Shown: piece after piece, positions 13,379 through 25,300 of the stretch | Layout of the letters: every line of letters begins with the position of its first letter | Numbering within the stretch: the stretch's first letter is position 1 | NCBI GenBank assembly: GCA_964199315.1 | Contig: OZ116698.1 | Span: 11,160,001 to 11,224,000, forward strand | Source of the DNA: Orbicella franksi | Lineage: Eukaryota | Reading direction: 5' to 3' | DNA length: 64,000 nucleotides | Program-made: the position numbers and the translations under genes | The notes under the pieces: generated by a model | Told to the model about the DNA's origin: nothing | Databases searched by the model: none | The model's input: only the letters and a program-made list of their open reading frames with translations

Positions 13379-13862
13379 CTTGCATCTCTTCCTGTCACAA
13401 CTCTTTCATTACCAGATCTCCTCGTTTTCTGTCAAACTCCGCGCGTGTTTCGCGCGCGCTATCCTTCCTTCGTTCCCAGTGTCCCATATCTTGTCGTTTG
13501 CGGACTGGTCAAAATTCTCAATCGAAACCAAAACTGAGGAGAAGACGAAGAATTTGTGGGTCATTTGCGGTCCTGGGATCATTTTCGGGCATGTACAGAT
13601 AACCAAACACCTTCATAGTACAGTCAGGAGTCAGGAGTCAGTTTCAACAAAACGGTGCAAAAATGATCAATGAAATAATTTTACTTCTAAGTTTTGTGCA
13701 GTTTACTATTTAGGGAGAAATGTAGAAAGAAAACTCTGGCTCCATTTTAGAAACAAAAAGTTTTAATAGTTTGGGCAAACATCGCGAAGTTGACGATTGT
13801 CCAACTCTTAGCTGGTAGGGAATTTTTGATTAATTTACTTAACGGTGGCCACGATATCGTAG

Positions 13863-13995
13863 TAGCCTGCGAACAGGCTCCCGGCGAGGACGGGAAAAAA
13901 TTTCGGCGAGCGCGAAACAGAAGAATTCGGAGAGCAAAGTGATCGGGGCGGGGACAGAGTTCGTTCGGGCTTACCGGGAGCCTGTTCGCAGGCTA
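13863..13995. mobile_element. 133-bp MITE with 22-bp TIRs and 9-bp TSD
   Basis: TIR tagcctgcgaacaggctcccgg / ccgggagcctgttcgcaggcta; identical flanks atatcgtag at 13854-13862 and 13996-14004. Confidence 0.92.
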
Positions 13996-14032
13996 ATATC
14001 GTAGCCATCTCAGGTCAGTGACTTGATATCGG

Positions 14033-14060
14033 CAGGAGCCATAATCGATTATGGCTCCTG
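14033..14060. repeat. Perfect 28-bp palindrome inside a larger imperfect inverted repeat (14022-14078)
   Basis: caggagccataatc|gattatggctcctg is self-complementary with no loop; the outer arms cttgatatc / gatatcaag are also inverted. Confidence 0.95.
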
Positions 14061-14260
14061 ATATCGGAGGATATCAAGACGGTAGTTACGGCTTCTGATT
14101 GGCTAAATGGCGAATTTAGGTACGGTAAGCGAACAAAAAAAGACGCTTTTTGCCAACCTTTGCTTCTCTCCAAAGCCAAAAGTCGGTAGGTAAAAAATTC
14201 TAGTTTCTTCTTATTAGGGCGAGTAGCGGTATTAACGTTTACGATTTTCAAACTCCTCAG

Positions 14261-14476
14261 GACAAAATGGACATTCTGGATGTTGTACTTTACAACATCA
14301 ACCACTGATCCAGAGGAACGACATGATGTCAGTATCGGAGCTGCCAAATGTGCTGGAGAAGATGATGGAAAGAATGAAATTACGAGAGCAGTGCTGTTTT
14401 CCCTGTTCTCAAACTTAGTGATTTAAATGCGTTAAAACAAGCTCGTAAAAATGGGATTTGGGGACTTTGGATGTAA
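14261..14476 (+). pseudogene. Orphan, frameshifted terminal exon of an ARSB-like arylsulfatase
   Basis: After a cag acceptor at 14258-14260, allowing three single-base frame corrections, it reads DKMDILDVVLYNI/TTDPEERHDVSI/ELPNVLEKMMERMK/YESSAVFPVLKLSDLNALKQARKNGIWGLWM*. This aligns with exon 7 of the intact copies ([17 protein letters not shown]...[10 protein letters not shown]). The uncorrected frame stops after 15 codons. No upstream exons found. Confidence 0.85.
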
Positions 14477-14939
14477 ACAAACAGTAGCGTATAGCAACGA
14501 ACAAACGGCCATATAAGCATTCTCGGCATTGGACTGAAACTAGCTTGCAATGAAGCCTCAGGCCGGGATGTCATTTACATTTGCAAAGACTCCCCGCATT
14601 AGCCTCGGTTACATGCTAATTCCAGCCCAATACCGGGAATACGAATATGGCCCATTCGCAATTACCGAATGAAGCTGAGCAAAATATCATGATTTGTCAT
14701 TACTGAGTCGACAAATAACTGATCTGCAATACATTGCAAAATCACGGTATTTTCTGAACGTCAGTTCAATAATTGTTTTGTCATTCGATCAGTGAGTTGT
14801 TTTTCACAATTATTTCTGCGGGAAGCACCCACTGGCTGCATGGGTAAAGTAACACAAAGCTGGCAAAGCATATGGCATAATTTCGACTTCGTTAATACGA
14901 GCTAGTCTTAAACCAGGTACTTTCAGATATTGATTTTGA

Positions 14940-15414
14940 TACTGTCGAACCTCTCCACAGCGGCCACCTTGGGAACAGAAGGGCAGTGGCCGTTGTAGGG
15001 AGGGGCCGTTATGGGGAGGTAGGGGTGTAATATGACACCGGCTTTTTTTTTCCGTGGGGTTCAACATTTTTATCCGGCTTTAAAAGAATACTTAGTGTAG
15101 CATGTAAATACGTTAAACAATCGAAATATATCAATAAAACAGAAACCAAACAGAAAGAGAAACAAACGACGGGCGGTATAGATCAAGTTTTGCGACCTTT
15201 TCCAATCAAAAATGGGGTTTGGATGCATCGTTTGTCAGTCGTTGATTAGTCATGATTAGTAACTGGTCGTTCTCAATAGGTTACTTTGGCAGTTGGGACG
15301 CACTTAAGTGGCCTTTGCATAGAGGTTTAGATAAGAGGGAATGTATGGAACGTCCGCCGTGACAAAAAAAGTGGCCGTTGTAGAGAGGTGGCCGTTAGTG
15401 GAAGTTCCACTGTA
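14940..15414. mobile_element. Tc1/pogo-type non-autonomous element
   Basis: Ends ta-ctgtcgaacctctccacagcggccacc ... gtggccgttagtggaagttccactg-ta; TA flanks and repeated gtggccgttgtag subterminal motifs. Confidence 0.65.
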
Positions 15415-18170
15415 TTTGATTTTCCTCACGCTATTCTCTGATTCTAGTAGATATATCGGACGGCTGTCTAACAAACTCGAAATGATTCGCGGAAGACACA
15501 ACTGCATATGAGCAGAATCAGAATTTGCAGTCGTTTCCAGATGGTGATGCGAATGAGCAGATAACTTGATACGCAGGCAGTTCAAAGTGAAGTTGGAAAT
15601 TTTTCCCAGCCGTCTCCATCGTGTTAACCAAATTAAAGTGACACTTGCATCTTCGAAGCTATTACTATTAAGACCAGGGCATACTCACGTCCCGAAAGAA
15701 AAAAAATCCTATTGCGCGAAAGGCTTAAAAAACAGTCATGCCAATACCAGATTACCCCCACCCCTCCTCCGCTCAAAATTAAAATGGTTCACTCTTGATA
15801 AAGGGACTTCACGTGTCCTTCATGCCGTGTACACGCAACTCTCAATTACGATCATTGCCTTGACAACATCGACAACAACAGGGTACTTCACAACACCGAA
15901 ATAAAAAAAGGTTCCATTACAGAGATGTATTCTTTTAAAGTAAGTGAGTTGAAAAATAAGGAGAAGTTTCGAATGACTCGTAATTATTTTATGTGAATGC
16001 GCGAGTAAAGTTGACTGGCTTTTACTGAATGAGTTTAATAGCTGCGCAGAATAAATAGCGCAGTTGTGTGGACAGCTTACGTGTGCGGAAAAAGTTTTTA
16101 TTTCTTTCCGTAAACTGTCCACAAATGCGCGTTTAATATTTTATTCTATGCACGTACTAGAAGTCAGTCAATTTTACGATTGTACGGTAATATGCACTAA
16201 ATATTACTCGTCATCAGACATCAAATCTTGCTTACGGAAAATATTGCTTGCAATTTTTATATTTCAGAATCAAATTTTGAAACAATTGGACTACGAAGTC
16301 AATAATACAAGATTTCTAGTTCATATGCATTTTTGATGTGCGATTGAACAAACGCAACTAACATGATTTTTCTGTCTACATCCGGAATGAGGCAAAAATT
16401 GATTTTACATTTTTGCGAGAGGTGAAATAAATGTCAATCTTGTCGTGTTTTAATGTCAGGAAAGTTTTGAATTGATCACTACTGAACAAAAATCATCAGT
16501 TTCCTGGCTTTTAGAAAATGAGCAAGTTAAAAGGAAGTAGTTGGAAGGAGTTGAAAGCACGAAACACATTTAAGTGTCACAAGGTCAAGTAACCCTGCAC
16601 TCAGTAGAATTCGAAATTGTAGAAATTGGCTGGAACGCAAATTGCCTATTTTTTTTATAGATGGTTGTTATTTTCGCTGGGGTCTTATTTTTTTAATTTC
16701 ACGATTTATTTAAAATACGTGAAAATTAAACAATCGGACATTTGTATTCACTGGAAAAGTAAACGTGTTTTTTTATTAGTATTCACGCATTATCGCGTGT
16801 CGCGAAGAAAAATTTCGGCGAAATATCTTTAGAGACTTTCGAACCGGGTAAGACATGAGGCTACATAACTCTGAACTAAAATCGGTCTTTCTGTTTTCTA
16901 CTGTAAGGTTAAAGGAATTCCTTACATGTCGGCTATCGAAGGAACACTGCTTTCTGGTGACTAAAATGTCAAATCAGTGTTTACTTGTTATTGTCATGTG
17001 TAGAGGTAAACATGATTTTTGTATATAATTTCAAATTATTTGTTATGTTATTCTTTATTTTCAAATAGAATTTGAAAATTTCACGATTTCACCCTGTAAT
17101 ATTATCGATTTCACTCTGTAATATTTATGTACATCCAAGATACCCTTTTCTGATATACCAGTTGCTATTACTACCGAGTAGAATTTCCAACAACTAATAC
17201 ATCAGTTCACTCCTCAATTAATTGATGGTCGCATTCCTATTTTACTTTCACGTCACGAGGACATAAAATGACTCGACGATGAAGTGTTAAGTCGCAGGCT
17301 ACTTTCGTGGGCAATGTTTTTTATTAAAAGTGATACTTTCGCCAATACCGGGCTCCCTGTTTAGTTTAGCATTAGGTAACAACAGTAAAATGTTATCGCT
17401 ATTTTCTGTCGAAACCTTGCACTTTGTTTGTCTTTTATGCAACTGGAGAAGAGAAATTGCTTATTCTGTTTATCATTTTTATAGTTAAGTGATTTTGTCT
17501 TCAGTGTGGACGGCAGCTAAGGAAACATCTTAAGCAAGGGATAATAGCTGAGTGACACCATCGCATTAGAAGTTAGCATTATTTAATCTCAAGAATCTTT
17601 GTGTATTTGTTTTAAAACCCCATTTTGAATTTTCGCCGATATTGTTGCTGTAGGTAACCTAGTAAATTTGATAAACATTTGATCTAATAAAGAGAGGAAT
17701 CATTGAAGCGGTTGACACAGAGCTGGTCACATAAAAAAAACTTGACATTCTGCCGAGTAGCATTTTAGAATCAACAGTGTCGATTAGAATTCTGAACTGA
17801 GGGTTGTAGAACGAAGTCGAATATATTTTACGAACGCGATATCTCATGTGAGTTTCGCTTATTGATTGAGTAACCGAAAGTGGCAAGGATTCCAAACACT
17901 GGTTAGTTTGTCGAGAGAACGTGATATAATCAATGTATTATGTGAGGTCATTTTGTCGATCGAACGTAATTTATGCAGGCAGCCAAAAAGACTGTAAAAC
18001 GAAAAATGACGTTAGGAGCAGCTGAAATCTGACTCGGATTAAAAATAAATTAACATCGATATATTTTGTTGATTTTACATGAACAGAGAACAGTGCTGTG
18101 TGAAATTCTGTTGTTACGTGCCGTCGAAAACCGAAGATTGCATAACAGGGGAAAAAAGAGGACGTGAAAA

Positions 18171-19202
18171 ATGAGTTCTTGGAAATTCACTGGCAGCCCG
18201 AAGGCTGAAGATACAGCTTCGGTTGCGAATGATTCAGGTATGAACAACGTAAAAAATACGTGGCCTGAACCTTCTCCAGAATGGTCTTCAGCCATTGAAG
18301 AATGGGGCTGGATGTGGTTTGCCCATGTCTACGGCTTTGGGAGCCTGTTTGTTCTAATGACGTTGTACGCATTTTCTTCTCTCTATCGGTTTCGGAAGAC
18401 TTTTTTCGCGAGACAGAAGGTCCATCTGCGAGTAATGAACTTCGCTTTGATGGCTGCGGGATTCGGGCGATGCCTCGCGCTCTTCTGGGACCCTTACGCT
18501 TCGGGCGAATCTACATCAGTGATTCAGAACTTAGTTCTTTTGACTTCTTGGGGAATCGCCACAGCGTGTATGACCTCGGCTTTCAGCATAATGCTTTTAA
18601 TCTTCTTGGAAACCACTAAAACTAAGCTGGGACCACCGAAACTTCGAAACTTACCTCTCTTAGTTTCGATTACTGTTGCCAACATTGTTTATCTGATTTT
18701 GTCTGATCTCGTTGTGTGGTTTTATCCAAAAGCTAAAGTCATGATTTTTGTATGTCACGCTACTCTGGCCACTTGGGGGTTAGCCATTTTTGTTGGCTAT
18801 TTTGTCGCAGGCGTCAGGATGTGGCGCAATCTCGGGTCGACTCTGCAATCTTGTAGCTCAAATAATCAATATTCAATTCGGGATATGAAAAAACTAAAGC
18901 GACTGTTTGTTTTTATGAGTGTGGCGTCAATTTTTGGTGTCTGTAACTTTTCCGTGTCTTTATATGTAAGCATTGGAGAGTTTGGAGTTTTCACCGCAAA
19001 GAACTACGCTAAAAGCTGGCCTTGGTTCGCCATACAGACAGCCATGAGAACAATGGAACTTTTGTTAAGTGCTTTGGTCTTTCTCATCGTGGTCGACAGC
19101 CCAAGAACTTGCAGTCAAGATTCCCAATCAGTGTCAAGATTTGCCACTGCACGGAAATCAACAATTGAATTAGCAAGTGAATCACAAACAGCTGCTTTGT
19201 GA
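18171..19202 (+). CDS. Intronless multi-pass (about 7 TM) membrane protein, PRRT3/PRRT4-like (343 aa)
   Basis: Long open frame with about seven hydrophobic segments. W..AHVYGFGSLF at TM1 and the DPY motif after TM2 resemble the PRRT3/4 family (recalled); Ser/Thr-rich C-terminal tail. Confidence 0.8.
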   Translation: MSSWKFTGSPKAEDTASVANDSGMNNVKNTWPEPSPEWSSAIEEWGWMWFAHVYGFGSLFVLMTLYAFSSLYRFRKTFFARQKVHLRVMNFALMAAGFGRCLALFWDPYASGESTSVIQNLVLLTSWGIATACMTSAFSIMLLIFLETTKTKLGPPKLRNLPLLVSITVANIVYLILSDLVVWFYPKAKVMIFVCHATLATWGLAIFVGYFVAGVRMWRNLGSTLQSCSSNNQYSIRDMKKLKRLFVFMSVASIFGVCNFSVSLYVSIGEFGVFTAKNYAKSWPWFAIQTAMRTMELLLSALVFLIVVDSPRTCSQDSQSVSRFATARKSTIELASESQTAAL

Positions 19203-19356
19203 AATAATTAAATTGTCACACATTTCACACGTGGAAGAAATTGAGAATTTCAATTTTACTTATTTTCTTAATAAACCGAGTTGTTACATGACAAAGATTA
19301 TTGCGGTCTAAACAAGAGTGGTATCATTTGCCGCGCGCCGCCGGATGATCCGTCCT

Positions 19357-22300
19357 TTACCAGGGACCCCAACAATCGTTTTTTTCAGCAGCCTCTCTCG
19401 CCTCTGGATCATGTGGCTTGTTGAGTGGTTTGACTGCGCTCCTTACATAATACGACATTCTTTCTTTTAGTTTCTGAACTACATCCGGGTACTTGCTGCT
19501 CAAGTCGTTGCGCTCATCAGGGTCAGCGGTTAAATTGTAAAGAGCGACTTCAATCCTGTCTTGTTTGGCGACATGATCCTACATCAATTCAGGAAGAAAC
19601 TATTAAGGGTCTATTAAGCTATTATAGGTATTTATTATTATTCATTTCATCTGGTAGAGCAAGCAGTACCGATAGAATATCACTCCAATCTTTAAGTCCT
19701 CCCTTACTTTCCGTTACTGAAACAACTTCAGTCCAGCACTTTAAATTTTGCAACTACCAAACTCTATTAGTTTAAAAACAAAAATAAACGTACCAACAAC
19801 AAAATTTCTCTATTGTGATCGTCCTCAATTAACTGTAACCCAGTCTCTCGATCATTGAGCCTCTCTTCCAGTTCGGGTGGCTTAAACCACGTGACATTGG
19901 GAACGTTTAACAGTATCTTCATCTGCCCCACACGCAATGCGGACCCTTGAGTGGTATCGATGTTTATGAGAACTTCATTCCTTGGCGAGGGTTTACCAGA
20001 CGAGATTGTCTCCCACACATCAAAACCGTCAACAGGTTTGGGATGTTTAGGATCGAAGCTTCCTCCTAACAGCGAAAAATAAACAAACTTGGAATGCTAC
20101 ACAAACAAATTTCTCTGAGTTACAAAAGAGTGGTTATAGAACATTATCAGTCCAAAAACACGGCCTGTCGTCTTTTGAAGTCTTCAGTATGTTAAATCAG
20201 TCAATGTTATATATATCAAGACACAAATTAAGTTGGAAACTACAATGGAAGCTCTCTTAACGGACACTCTCGTAAGCAGACAGCTCTATTAACGGCCGCG
20301 TTCACAAAACCCTGTTTGAACTTTCGTGCAAACTCTGTATTTATACTTATTCCCCTAAGTGGACATTCTCATAAGCGGCCGAAGACACTTTGAGGGCTTA
20401 CGAGCTAGACTTTTACTTTGTTTGTAAGCTCCCGTAAACGGACACCTTAAAGGAATTGGACCTGACTTTGAAAGATACTTATCAACATTTGTTAACTGTA
20501 TCGCTGCGTTTTGTTGCAGTGAGACTGTTAATGCTAATGTTAATGCTGACTGCAATTATGATTTGTTCTTCAATCACTGAGGGCCAGTCCTAGCGCTGCG
20601 GTATGCAGTACTGCATACATGCAGTGATTGCTATTATCGCGGCATTGTACAAGGCAATAAAACAAAACAAATAACAACAATTTGGCGATATTCTGCATTC
20701 CCAATGGGCAAGCTCCCGCAGACGGCCATTTTACGAGAACTGTTCTCGTAAGTTACGGACAGTTTTTTCGCGTCCCAAGGGTGTCCGCTCACAGCGAGGG
20801 CTTTCACTGTATGTACATCGCATTAAAAACAAGTTTTCCATGACGCAGTCGCAACCCAGTTTTAAACAAAGCATGGCTTGAACTAAACCTTCAAAACTCA
20901 ACTTTAATTTCAAATCGTCCAATCACAGTTGGCCTAGCCGCTCCACGCAATGACGGGAATTTCTACCGAATATCAAGCGCACTGCAAACGCTACAAAGAT
21001 AATATGTTAATTCTTAATAGATAAAAGGCACTCCATTTAAAAATAAAAATACATCAAGTGATTTTTCAAAGGCTTGTAAACAGTGTCCATTTTGGGGATG
21101 GGGACTGATATAAAAATGATGTTTTATGTTCATCTTTTCATAAAACAGTGTCCGCTGTAAGACAATTTCGCGAGCTACGCGCAAAATTCCTTGCGTACCG
21201 CGTACCTGCCAGGTTGATGAGAGTTGGGTACCAATCTGTCACGTGCAACATCTCCGCGTTCCTCACACCTCTTCGTTTCAGTAAGTTACCATAGACAAAT
21301 CCGACCCCTTTAGCCCCTCCCTCCCAAATAGTGTGTTTTGTTCCACGAAGTGGCCAGTTAAACCCTCCATTAGTAGGTAAACCCCCGTTGTCCGTACTAA
21401 AGATAACAAGTGTGTCATTCCACAACCTGCGAACAGACACAGCTTTAGTAAGATTTCTAGAAAAAATCAGGATCTCTAAAATACGTGCCGAGGGTTTTAA
21501 GTTTGCTTTCACGGCAGTAGAGCCTGTTTTTTGTACTAAACATACATGTTCGGAGGTTTGCGATGTCCAACAGCTTGCATAGCGTTCTTATTTCCATCAA
21601 ATTCGCCATCGAAGAATCGGCCCCATAATAGTTATTCAAAAACTCGTTATACATTCAAATTTTCCTCGAAGCATACCCTGCTGAGGTGAAAACCTTGGTA
21701 ATGTTTCCCACTGCCTCATCCAAGATGTCTACCATACCAGCGTAATGTCTCCTAAGATCGTCTTTGATAAATCTATATTTATCAACATACTGCTGAGGCG
21801 CTTGGACTGGAGAATGAACGTTTTGAAAGGCCATGTACATGAACAGGGGCTGCTCTGGATCATGTGACTCTACAATTTCCTCCATCCTCTGGAAATATTA
21901 AACACAAAAGACGTTTCTAATACATGTTGTTATTAGTCTATGGGAAATGGAGACGGTGGGTGTGGGGGATGGGTAGGTCTACTGCAACAGTGTATAGAAG
22001 GATCGTCTTAATTATCTTAAAAAAAAACTAAAAAAATGTCCAATTTACTTAGCATTGTTGTACTAATTGGGTTCACTTATCTTCAGCTTCAAAGTCTTTC
22101 TTACTGCAACACGCAAATCACTACAGGAAAACTTTACAGTCTTGGCCTTTTTACCAGCGAATTCTTTTAGGTGAAAATTTGTCCGAAAAGGAACGCCTCT
22201 CTAAAGAAAATTCAGGAGTTACAATCGGAGTTCCCAATCGTGCCTTCTACTCGTACCTCAAAGTGCTTACTTATTTTGCTGCAAGGCGGACACCTCCGGC

Positions 22301-25300
22301 AGACGGATATGTAGTTAAATCTGGTCTGCAATAAGATTGCAGCTACCTGCAGTTATAAGACTTAATGCTTGCATTCAATACTTACAGTTGCAACGTTCGT
22401 AAAGGGAATTGCAGTAAAAACAAGTTACCTTCGTGTATGCATACATGGCGTAAGTACCATTCCAGTGTCTTGCAGGCTCTTCTCCGTCACGGAAGTCTAA
22501 AAATCCTTCAACTGAGTGATTATAATGATCCTCTGCTCCACTCCAGAATCCAAAAAACGAGTCAAACCCTCTTTTTGTTGGAACATAAGGCCACTTGTAT
22601 GAACCAAGATGCCACTTGCCTACCAAGTGAGTGGCATAACCTACAACAAGAGACGCGTTGTTAAAATTCCCATTGATTTAAGAATTATGCTGTGGGTGCG
22701 TAATGCCATCCCCTAAAGAATGGCAGAGGAAACGATGTCATACCACCAGAAAGTAAGTATAATGAAGTCATAGACCAAATATTTTGGAAATTCTTTTTCT
22801 AACGAATGTCAAGAGATTATATGAAGATATGATTGATCATCGCAGTTGTACAAAGAACTTAAGCAGCTCAAATATATGGTCTTTCATATATTCACTTTAA
22901 TACGTCAAAAGATTATCTTGCAAATGTAAAGGATGAAACTTGGGTTTGCTAAATGAACGCTGAGGGAACCCACTGTGTTTTACTAATACTGGTTAAACAC
23001 GTTTAGTAGAACTGGTTAGCAAGGACAAAAGAGGTTTTTTTCCATAACTAAACACTAGTGATTTAGAAGTAAATCTGCCAGTCAAAATATAAACCTCATG
23101 AAAAACCTTACTTTCAGCAAACTACATTTCTAAACGAAGATCAGGTAAGCACTGTCACATCGTCTTATTAAATTAAACATGAAGGAGACTTACCAACTTT
23201 TTTCAGTTCTTGAGGCAAAATACTATATTCTAATGGCAATCCAACAGGCTGGTCCACGTGTATAACACCATGCTGCAAACCTTTAAAACGCAAACAAAAA
23301 AGCGTTCAACGTATTACATCTGTGTTCAGCCTGTTTTGCACTTCGTTTAGAGTTTTGTTTATTTTTAGACATTATGTTTGTTTTTCTTAGTGATAAAACC
23401 GAACACGCGAGATTCCCGCCATTTTTGCTTTAGTAGCTAATCGAATTATGGCGCTCGTTCGTGGATTGGTGCGAGTAGGATATCAAGAGATCAGTGGAAA
23501 ATAATCCTTTTATCGAAAACAGTGTGTTTGTGCTCTTTGTACAAAAGTAGGAAAATAGCGCGTCTTAAACGGGATTACGCCTTACAGAATTGTGATAATA
23601 TCGACAAAGGTGTAAAGCATCATTAACGTCATTTGTGCTCTCAATAATAGACCATGGAACGTAATTTAAGTCTTTCAGAAATGCATCTTTATCATAGTTT
23701 TTGAAACAGCGATACTCAAACACCTTGGGCGGTAGTTTTTTGACACCCCCTTTGATGGTACAAAAAACAACGCTGTGGTCACTTATGCTTGCATCAAGAA
23801 CATCTGACTGCATGATCCTATGAGAGTTGTTGACAAAAATTAAGTCTATCGTGGTGCTAGAATTCTCAGTAACACGGGTAGGCTTGTTAACAATCTGTGT
23901 AAGGCTGTGATTAGATGCAAATTCTTTTAATTTATGGCGTAAATGATTCTTCTTTGAAGAGTAGTCAACATTAAAACCTCCCATTAAAACAAAATCACAG
24001 TGGTCAGTATCAATCATGTTAAGAGCATCATCCAGATATGAAATAAAATCATCGATATTTTGATGTCCAGGTGTATAGCTGCAGCATATAGTCAATCGCC
24101 TACATTTAGGTCGCTTAACATCCACCCACAAGCATTCAAAACAGTTGGATGTGAGATCAGACTTAACCACATAGGGTATGCCGTCTCCAACGAAAATCAT
24201 GACTCCTCCACCACAACTTTTAACCAAGCTGACCCTATCCTTTCGTGCCAGCGAGAAGCCTTGCAAAGTGACTTCGTCATCCATAATATCTGGAGTTAGC
24301 TATGTTTCTGACAGAGTCAAAATGTCAATAGAATGCTTGTTCAAAAATTCTTTGACATAGTCGAGTTTATTCAGCAGGCGGTTAACGTTTAAATGGGCAA
24401 TCCTGAAACCCCGCAAACAACGGATTTCAGACTGATCATTGAAATCTTCAGGATGTTGTAGGGTCAAATTGCTACTGCTTGAATCATTTAAGGAATTTAC
24501 GCCAGGAAATAAACAAGTGAAACACATCCAGGTAGAAGACTCATTCATCACAAGTGAGTGATACTCGTCAAAGCCCATATTCATACATTTCGCGTGGTAC
24601 CATTTGTTACACTCATCGCATTGAACTGCTTTTTGATTTGAGCGACATCCTTTCGAGCAGACAGCACACGGATCTTTAACGGGGCCAGGATTTGAACTCA
24701 CGTCACCCGACAAAAGCACCACAAGCGAAGCTGAGAGACCGACATTAGCCAAATAAATGTAGCTTTGAAACTTCAAAGATGGCTCCGTAGAAACGACCCT
24801 CGACTGTCTTTGTAGACCAGAATTGCGTCCAGGATAGCTGATAAAATTTAGTTTAAGGGCCACAAATACATTCCCCTGATTTTCTAAATGTTCAGGTACA
24901 GGTGAAATGTGAAGAGAGATAGCCAGCAGCAAAACCAGTACGAGGGACGTCGAGCGTTGAGAAAGCCAGCCAACCGCCATATTGGCTCCACTGTTATATT
25001 TTTTGCTGTTTCGATTTTTAGGTTAGATCCGATTTTTCAGAATTGCTATAGTCAACCCACATGTATGCCTTTGCTTTCAGTTGACTAGCTAGCTTGTGCT
25101 GATTAAACTAGTTCAAAACAACTGGTAGATCCCGTGGACTTTATTTTCCTGGTGTGTCTTCAATTCGAGTAGTACCCTGATGCGTGGTGCGAAACACAGC
25201 CCTCTTTTACTCTAATAATTTCAATTATTTTATGGCTAGCACTGTTATTGGCTACCCCAACGGGCACTAGATGGCGCAATCTTGCCCGTTCGGGATTACC

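Noticed and set aside
13131-13673. Cluster of five overlapping ORFs
   Set aside because: GC-rich promoter and first exon of WDR48; only the frame starting MAAGIRP has homology.
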